Shown here: one piece after another, positions 19,935 through 25,476 of the stretch
Position numbering within the stretch: the first letter of the stretch is position 1
Layout: each line of letters begins with the position of its first letter
Source of the DNA: Vibrio alginolyticus NBRC 15630 = ATCC 17749
GTDB lineage: Bacteria; Pseudomonadota; Gammaproteobacteria; Enterobacterales; Vibrionaceae
Length of the DNA stretch: 32,000 nt
Assembly (NCBI RefSeq): GCF_000354175.2
Contig: NC_022349.1
Location: forward strand, 3,000,001 to 3,032,000
Direction: 5' to 3'
The notes under the pieces: generated by a model
Told to the model about the DNA's origin: nothing
The model's input: only the letters and a program-made list of their open reading frames with translations
Databases searched by the model: none
Program-made: the position numbers and the translations under genes

Positions 19935-20486
19935 TTAATTTCCATATAAGTCAGAGTCAATATATCCAAATAAATCACATTGACTATTTACGTAGTAGTC
20001 ATCGTTTTCGTCATCATCAATTGAAAAAGCAAAGTACTTAAGAGGGTTTGCTGCATCACAGACTAGATTAGCCATATTGTTTTTTACGTAATCCTCTATT
20101 TCATAGCCATCGAACGAACCTTCCCAAATAATAACGCTTTCATCAATATCTAGTTCTGTGGTTAAAACAATAGTTACATAATGTTCAATAAGCGGGATCT
20201 TAACGCTCTCTTTGTTCTCATACACAGGAGAAAATTCAAACCGACCATTGCTGTCAGTAAATGTTGATAAGTCTATTGATTTTCCTGAAGCGCTTAAACC
20301 AATATTAAGACTAACCTTTTGGTTATTAATCGGCTTCCCTTTTTTTGTTATCACACCATTGATTTGTGGTGTGTATTGGTTAACTTTATCGTTATTCAAT
20401 ATACTCTCTCCAAAACTCATATTAATGCTCAACAATATGATTGTAATAAATCCAAATAAGTAATTTCTCACATCGACTTTTTTCAT
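19935..20486 (-). CDS. Small secreted protein (signal peptide; carboxypeptidase-regulatory/transthyretin-like beta-sandwich motif); candidate periplasmic immunity or partner protein
   Basis: N-terminus MKKVDVRNYLFGFITIILLSINMSFG-ES. GVITKKGKPINNQKVSLN...TDSNGRFEF resembles CarboxypepD_reg-like folds. Acidic C-terminus. No obvious Shine-Dalgarno. Co-oriented and coupled with the lipase gene. Confidence 0.6.
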   Translation of the reverse strand: MKKVDVRNYLFGFITIILLSINMSFGESILNNDKVNQYTPQINGVITKKGKPINNQKVSLNIGLSASGKSIDLSTFTDSNGRFEFSPVYENKESVKIPLIEHYVTIVLTTELDIDESVIIWEGSFDGYEIEDYVKNNMANLVCDAANPLKYFAFSIDDDENDDYYVNSQCDLFGYIDSDLYGN

Positions 20487-21241
20487 TTTAAAAATCTATA
20501 AATCTATATGTATTGTGTGTTTTTACAATATTTAATTTTAACTATGTGATTCATATTGCATTGCTCTGTAACTTGTGAATTTGAAAATTACATTTTTAGA
20601 TTTATGTTTATCTATTTGACCGATTTTTATTAGCATTAATAAAGTTTAAATCTGGAACACTCAGTCTGCGCTAATCTTAGGTAGTTATATTGTATTGGGT
20701 TTTTGAGGCTTTCATTAGGTAATGTGAAAGCAAAATAAACGAGAGCTACCGAATGATAAAAACTCTATAAATACTAGGTTTCAGACAATGAAATCGTATT
20801 GAAAACAGTTAATTATTCGCTTTGTCAAGAGGTGTTTTTATTGCTTTACATCGTAATGCTAGATTGACTTGATAATTTATTTTTCCGCCAATTGTGATAA
20901 CCAAGAGCAAAAGAAAAGGCTTATTTAGTATCTTTTGATGGTTAGTGATAAACCCAAATTGTTCTACTTTAACCCATCATAATTCTATAACTTAGATTTA
21001 GCACTCGTAGTTGTTGATAACTCAAAAACTTAGAACACTTTAAATCGAAGAACATATAGACACACTTTTGTCCTTGGATGAGTTCTTCTGAACTTCCGTG
21101 TAGTTTTGGTGGTGTATTTATGAGCGTATCGTCTGTTACTTAATACTCAACGAGTTTTTAAATCGGCGTACGTTCAGAGTTATGCAGTAATGCTCGTGAA
21201 AAGTTATCAGGTAGCATGAGTGCGTGAGAAAAGAAGACAAT

Positions 21242-21267
21242 GTGGATAGTGGATAGTGGATAGTGGG
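21242..21267. repeat. 7-bp tandem repeat (GTGGATA) x3.6 next to the displaced ssrA terminator
   Basis: GTGGATAGTGGATAGTGGATAGTGGG read directly. Confidence 0.9.
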
Positions 21268-21276
21268 TTGTTGATA

Positions 21277-21301
21277 CAAAAAAGGCCACCCGAGGGTGGC
21301 C
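21277..21301 (-). terminator. Rho-independent terminator; probably the native ssrA terminator, now separated from ssrA by the island
   Basis: GGCCACC-CGAG-GGTGGCC stem with T6 on the minus strand. It lies 10 bp beyond the left copy of the tmRNA 3'-end repeat. Confidence 0.7.
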
Positions 21302-21311
21302 TTTTCCAAAC

Positions 21312-21331
21312 GTTTGGTGGAGCTGGCGGGA
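21312..21331. repeat. attL: left copy of the 20-bp direct repeat (GTTTGGTGGAGCTGGCGGGA), a duplicate of the tmRNA 3' end
   Basis: Identical at 20/20 positions to 27319-27338. Confidence 0.9.
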
Positions 21332-21477
21332 TTCGAGAGTTCGTCGCCTTTTCCTATGTAAGTCTCTGATATACAAGGAAGGTACATCAGTGGTTTACTC
21401 GAAATGTAGCACACCTTGTAGAACACTGCTAGTTCGGTTCAGTTCCGACTTTGGGAGCTGAACTGTTGGGTGTGTTA

Positions 21478-22245
21478 CTAGGGTTTAGCATCATCGTTTA
21501 TCTTACCTAGTAGTTGAATGGCATTTGTTGAAACGCTATCTTTTAATTCTCTCTGTATGGGCAGTAAAGCATCACGAATTTTTCCTAGCCTCTTTATTAG
21601 GGCTTCAATTGTCTCTATATTTAGGAGATTGCCTCCATTTTTAAAGCTAAGTTTTGCGGTTTCTTCTATTAGGGCTCTGAAGTCGAAAACTATTGGTATC
21701 AACTTTTTGTGAGCTTCTTTTAGTTCAGGAAGATAAAGATCTACAAGAAGGTCAGCCTCACAAATGAGGTCCTTCGGTTCGTTTTTTTCTAAACCTGCGT
21801 GATATTTGAATTTTTCTCCGAAATAACTCGGAAGACCATCAACGCAAGTGTAATACTGTTCATATTTTATTCGTTTTAGTTGGGTTAACTCTTGTTTGTT
21901 CCAGACTTGGTGCGCTAAGTCTTGACTCACTTGTTCTGTTGCTCTGGTTAGCTCGACTTGTTGGGTTATCACTTGTGCTAGTTTTTCTGATAGAGCGTCG
22001 ATTTTTGCGGATTCAGTTTGTAGGGTTTCTTCACGCAAAACCTTTAAGTGGCGTTGTAATTGAGACTCGATGGCATCTAATTTTCCGATGACCTTGGCGT
22101 TTTCTTTTGCGTGACTTTTTATGTAAGAAATACAATAGCCTAACACTAAGCCGAATAAGATAAGTACGACTGCAAGCAAGGGATGTGAAGATAGTCCGAG
22201 TTGCATTAGAGAGGTTAAAGTTTCCATCTCAGATGAAGTAATCAT
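21478..22245 (-). CDS. Hypothetical protein with a single N-terminal TM helix followed by a long coiled-coil/helical cytoplasmic region
   Basis: GAGGA Shine-Dalgarno 6 nt before the ATG at 22245. TM segment LLAVVLILFGLVLGYCISYI. Heptad-like region KLDAIESQLQRHLKVLREETLQTESAKIDALSEKLAQVITQQVELTRATEQ. No family recognised by eye. Confidence 0.65.
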   Translation of the reverse strand: MITSSEMETLTSLMQLGLSSHPLLAVVLILFGLVLGYCISYIKSHAKENAKVIGKLDAIESQLQRHLKVLREETLQTESAKIDALSEKLAQVITQQVELTRATEQVSQDLAHQVWNKQELTQLKRIKYEQYYTCVDGLPSYFGEKFKYHAGLEKNEPKDLICEADLLVDLYLPELKEAHKKLIPIVFDFRALIEETAKLSFKNGGNLLNIETIEALIKRLGKIRDALLPIQRELKDSVSTNAIQLLGKINDDAKP

Positions 22246-22359
22246 GTATTTTCCTCAAGAAGCTCTTATTGCTGGACGGATTAGCGGAGCTAAAGCTCGA
22301 CCTGAATTTTGTTAGCAATTTTGTCTGGGCATGTAAGTATAATTGTGGTTGCCTATTTT

Positions 22360-22374
22360 CCCCCATCCCCCCCC
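22360..22374. repeat. Homopolymeric C tract C5-AT-C8 in the divergent intergenic region
   Basis: CCCCCATCCCCCCCC read directly (C8 at 22367-22374). Confidence 0.95.
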
Positions 22375-22494
22375 AGGAAGGATACCGATGGATTTTTACT
22401 TTGAGATATAACCCTCTAACGATAAAAATATATTTTCAGTGTTTTCTTTAGGTTATGCCCAAATGCATACACTCTAAGGGTGTTATTTTTGTGC

Positions 22495-22554
22495 GCTTTA
22501 GGTGTTGACTTGTCGATATGCATACAATAAGTTAAGCATACAGCAACCTAAAGC
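22495..22554 (+). promoter_or_regulatory. Putative promoter/operator of the serine recombinase: a 9-bp perfect inverted repeat GCTTTAGGT...ACCTAAAGC brackets TTGACT and ATGCATACA/GCATACA repeats
   Basis: GCTTTAGGT at 22495-22503 and ACCTAAAGC at 22546-22554. TTGACT at 22506. ATGCATACA at 22463 and 22518, GCATACA at 22536. A third CTTTAGGT at 22446. Confidence 0.4.
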
Positions 22555-22573
22555 ACTCGTTCGAGGTATGACA

Positions 22574-23218
22574 ATGACAACTCAATCCAATGACAGTAAC
22601 TCAATGGTCTTTGCTTATGTCCGTGTGTCGACTAAGGAGCAGAACGTGGACAGCCAATTGAGTGACATCTCAAAGCTTTACCCTGATGCGGAGGTTACGA
22701 CAGAGAAAGTGTCGGGTACTGTGCCAGCTAGAGAGAGGGCAGGGCTATCGGTTCTTCTTGGTAAGCTACGTAAAGGAGATACTCTAGTCGTATGGTGGGT
22801 TGACCGTTTAGGGCGTGACTATCGAGACGCTGAATCGACTATACGTGAGCTTCTCGACAGGGGTGTGTGCATTAAGACTATCAACCAAGGTCTGACGTTC
22901 TCATACTCAAGCAAAGATGATGACATGCAGAACATGGTCACTGACATCCAGATTACCATGCTCACGGCTATGGCTGCGGCAGAGCGTAAGAATCGCTTAG
23001 CGTCGGCTGAGGCTGGAAGACAAGCGCTTAAAGCTAACCCTGCGAAGTGGGCTGAGAAGTTCCAAGGACGCAAAGCTAATACCAAGCAGCATCAGCGTAT
23101 CATTGAGTTGTTACTTGAGGGCAAGTCTATCCGTGGTGTCGCTCAGGAGCTTGGCTGTAATGCAAGTACCGTACAGAGAGTGAAGAAGAAGGCGGTTGAA
23201 GCTGGCACCGTGTTCTAA
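22574..23218 (+). CDS. Serine recombinase (resolvase/invertase family) with C-terminal HTH
   Basis: Catalytic N-terminus VFAYVRVSTKEQNVDSQ, the VDRLGRDYRD motif, and C-terminal HTH GKSIRGVAQELGCNASTVQRVKKK. Start chosen at the ATG at 22574 (GAGG 7 nt upstream); the Met of MVFAYVRVST is an alternative. The track start at 22502 (GTG) is rejected. Confidence 0.82.
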   Translation: MTTQSNDSNSMVFAYVRVSTKEQNVDSQLSDISKLYPDAEVTTEKVSGTVPARERAGLSVLLGKLRKGDTLVVWWVDRLGRDYRDAESTIRELLDRGVCIKTINQGLTFSYSSKDDDMQNMVTDIQITMLTAMAAAERKNRLASAEAGRQALKANPAKWAEKFQGRKANTKQHQRIIELLLEGKSIRGVAQELGCNASTVQRVKKKAVEAGTVF

Positions 23219-23365
23219 GTGTCGGCTGATTGAACAATAAGCACTCACTTAGCAAGCTCTTGCGTGACCATATTCAAGTTATTGTACTCACTAGTGACTA
23301 CACATAACACAACCAAGTTGAGTTTCGGTATCTTTAGCTCACCTTAAGCACAAAGGAGCATTGAT

Positions 23366-23566
23366 ATGAACGACGTCTTAACTATTAAAGCCTCTAATCA
23401 TCTTGATACTCAAACGCTGCTTACAACGCAAGACTCGCAGCTGCACCAAGAGGTGTGGGGGCATGTTAAAGCGTTAGTAGAGCTTGGTGTCTTTGAGGAC
23501 GCTACAAATGGCATTGAGAATGTCTTAGCGCCTTACATGGCGGAGGTTAACGCCGAGCTTATCTAG
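23366..23566 (+). CDS. Hypothetical 66-aa acidic protein
   Basis: Strong AAGGAG Shine-Dalgarno 7 nt upstream of the ATG, and a hairpin terminator follows. No recognisable motif. Confidence 0.55.
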   Translation: MNDVLTIKASNHLDTQTLLTTQDSQLHQEVWGHVKALVELGVFEDATNGIENVLAPYMAEVNAELI

Positions 23567-23572
23567 GTCACT

Positions 23573-23604
23573 TGGGCGGGTGCAACGCCTGCCCTTGTCT
23601 GTTT
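23573..23604 (+). terminator. Probable terminator after the 66-aa ORF
   Basis: GGGCGGGTG-CAA-CGCCTGCCC stem (two G-U pairs) followed by TTGTCTGTTTT. Confidence 0.5.
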
Positions 23605-23686
23605 TAGTTGGGTCAAACCATCGAGGTATCAACGCTCTCATCCCCTGCCTTTACGCTCTCTTTGAGTCTCAACGCAATGCCAATCG

Positions 23687-23721
23687 AATTACGACTGCCT
23701 ATAGGGCGCAGCCCGATACGG
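23687..23721. repeat. Direct repeat module A (17-bp perfect core AATTACGACTGCCTATA plus a degenerate 18-bp tail)
   Basis: The core is identical to 23750-23766. The tail shares the pattern NGNNNNANCCCNATNCGG. Confidence 0.85.
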
Positions 23722-23749
23722 TGAGTCTGACAGGGTGTTAATAACCTGT

Positions 23750-23784
23750 AATTACGACTGCCTATAAGAACAAACCCAATGCGG
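23750..23784. repeat. Direct repeat module B (17-bp perfect core AATTACGACTGCCTATA plus a degenerate 18-bp tail)
   Basis: Second copy, 63 bp downstream of module A, inside the ORF-poor region. Confidence 0.85.
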
Positions 23785-23940
23785 ACTGTAGCCGCCAAAC
23801 CACAGCAAGAAGTCACACATCAGAGTCACGCACTGAGTGGGCTTCAAGGCCATCACCTCGTAACCTCTCGGCTCATAGAGAGTGAGTCTTAATGCCTTGG
23901 GCAAGCAGAGAGACAAAGAGCAATACATGCACCAGACGCA

Positions 23941-24245
23941 AAGCTTAAGAGTTCTCTTTAAGGGAAGCTTTAAGCTTGTAAGACGTGCTGGTGTAGGGCG
24001 TGGATACTTAAAGTCTGTCTTTAAGATGTGATTGTGGTTATTAACAATAACAATCACTTACTTAAAGCTAACTCTAAGCTCAACTTAAAGTAGCTCTCAT
24101 AGATACTTTAAGCTCTGCGTCTTCTATCTATCACCTCATATCATTCCTTTCAGCCCGCTTTACGTGGGAGTGTCATGACAACGGTAGTCAATCATTTCAA
24201 ATCCCCTATTGGAGAGTTCCTAGTAGCGTTTAGCTTGTCTTTAAG
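23941..24245. promoter_or_regulatory. Array of at least 8 copies of the heptamer CTTTAAG / CTTAAAG (mutual reverse complements); iteron- or operator-like cis element upstream of the HTH gene
   Basis: CTTTAAG at 23956, 23968, 24019, 24106 and 24239. CTTAAAG at 24007, 24061 and 24084. Includes the palindrome CTTAAAG-TCTGT-CTTTAAG (24007-24025), AAGCTT-T-AAGCTT (23965-23977), and an AT-rich imperfect palindrome GTGATT...GTTATTAACAATAAC-AATCAC (24029-24057). Confidence 0.5.
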
Positions 24246-24317
24246 GTTCTTCTTTGAGCTAGCTATGGTTCTCTCTTTATGTTTTCTCTTTATATAGGTG
24301 CGGAAACTAAATAAACC

Positions 24318-24761
24318 ATGAAATACATAAACTTAATGTCATTTGACGATGAGGCATGGCTTGACGTTGAAGGATATGAACTACCCGACTTTGCAAGTGA
24401 TGATACTACAGCGACATCTAGAAGCGCGACAGGACGACCAGCCAAAAGAGTATCGATACAATTGCCCCAAATGAATACGGACAAACCACCAGCTTGGCTT
24501 GATGATGTCGTCTCTGGTGTACTCAACTGCTACTTAGAGAGGAAGAGTACAAAAGGAAGTAGCGGCAAGAAGGCTTACGTGGATAAGTACAAGTTGATGG
24601 CCTTGCTACAGCAACATTCACGAGTGTACACGTCAAAGTCAATTCAAGAGCTACTTGGTGTCAAGGAAAGGCAGGCTCAGAAGTATATGGAAGTGCTTTC
24701 AACATTAAGCATCTTTGTTAACTCTAAGAATGAGGTGGTCAATCTATCTCAAGCTGCCTGA
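24318..24761 (+). CDS. Hypothetical 147-aa protein with an acidic N-terminus and a probable C-terminal helix-turn-helix
   Basis: C-terminal TSKSIQELLGVKERQAQKYMEVLSTL looks HTH-like. Co-oriented with and upstream of RNase HI. Weak Shine-Dalgarno. Confidence 0.55.
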   Translation: MKYINLMSFDDEAWLDVEGYELPDFASDDTTATSRSATGRPAKRVSIQLPQMNTDKPPAWLDDVVSGVLNCYLERKSTKGSSGKKAYVDKYKLMALLQQHSRVYTSKSIQELLGVKERQAQKYMEVLSTLSIFVNSKNEVVNLSQAA

Positions 24762-24928
24762 TTGGCTCTCATCACTCCACAACTCACAAAAGGCCACCAC
24801 AAGGCCACTTCACTTCAAACCCAACGCTTAACCGCAAAGCCATGCTGTCAGTTAGTCACTACGAGTCTTTCGTTGGTGTAGTTGGCTATGTGGGGCTTTC
24901 GGTGTGGCTTTACGATTAAGGACTTAAT

Positions 24929-25426
24929 ATGAATACACAACTTCAAACGACACATCTATTACACAACGCTCAGCACCCACTAAGTATCTATTGCGATGGT
25001 TCAGCACCAGACAATCAGCACGGGTGTCTTCAAGGGGGTGTTGGTGTCGCTGTTTACGACGCTCTTGGATATTGCATTCAGGAGTACTCATCCTCCGTTC
25101 GCAGGGCTGGTGGTGTCACCAGTCAAAGGGCTGAGCTTCTGGCTCTCATCATTGCCTTACTTGTAGCAGGTGAGGGGGACAATGTCTTTAGTGACAGTCA
25201 GTACTGCGTGCGGGGCTTCAATGAATGGCTTGATAGCTGGAAGCGTAACGCTTGGCGCAACTCAAGCAAGAAGCCTGTCGCTAATCAGGACTTATGGATG
25301 CTGATAGATGAGCTTAAAGCTATTCGTCCACGTGTTAGCGTTGAGCACGTAGCTGGTCACTCTGGTATCAAAGGTAATGAGCATTCAGACTGCTTAGCGA
25401 GACAAGCCGCCGAAGGTAAAATGTAA
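24929..25426 (+). CDS. rnhA: Ribonuclease HI (island-encoded)
   Basis: RNase HI catalytic pattern in order: IYCDGSA (Asp), SQRAELLALIIAL (Glu), VFSDSQY (Asp), GHSGIKGNEHSDCLARQAA (His/Asp). AAGGA Shine-Dalgarno upstream. Confidence 0.82.
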   Translation: MNTQLQTTHLLHNAQHPLSIYCDGSAPDNQHGCLQGGVGVAVYDALGYCIQEYSSSVRRAGGVTSQRAELLALIIALLVAGEGDNVFSDSQYCVRGFNEWLDSWKRNAWRNSSKKPVANQDLWMLIDELKAIRPRVSVEHVAGHSGIKGNEHSDCLARQAAEGKM

Positions 25427-25430
25427 AATG

Positions 25431-25471
25431 AAAGGTAACACTTGGGTAGACGTCAGGTGTTACCTTTTAAT
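25431..25471. terminator. Bidirectional terminator between convergent RNase HI and integrase genes
   Basis: AAAGGTAACAC...GTGTTACCTTT, a perfect 11-bp stem, followed by TTAATTT. Confidence 0.8.
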
Positions 25472-25476
25472 TTGTA

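Noticed and set aside
21136-21426. 96-aa and 72-aa minus-strand ORFs spanning the island junction
   Set aside because: They read through the 7-bp tandem repeat, the displaced ssrA terminator hairpin and the attL repeat. They are artefacts of non-coding junction DNA.
22495-22554. Invertible promoter element flipped by the serine recombinase
   Set aside because: The 9-bp inverted repeats bracket only 42 bp, too short for a serine-invertase synapse. No enhancer-like element or longer inverted repeats were found. An operator is the more economical reading.
23687-23784. Possible mini-CRISPR array
   Set aside because: There are only two copies of a 17-bp core (CRISPR repeats are typically 23-50 bp). 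The partly similar tails are not unique spacers. No cas genes or leader are present.
23613-24057. 67-aa and 101-aa minus-strand ORFs in the island's non-coding region
   Set aside because: Both start at GTG without a Shine-Dalgarno. The internal 'IGSRN' peptide repeat in 23613-23816 merely mirrors the 17-bp DNA repeat. The region is better explained as cis-acting or RNA-coding DNA. Some uncertainty remains.
23570-25426. Retron hypothesis (structured non-coding DNA plus RNase H)
   Set aside because: No reverse transcriptase ORF exists anywhere in the island. No a1/a2-type inverted repeats flanking an msr/msd unit were found.
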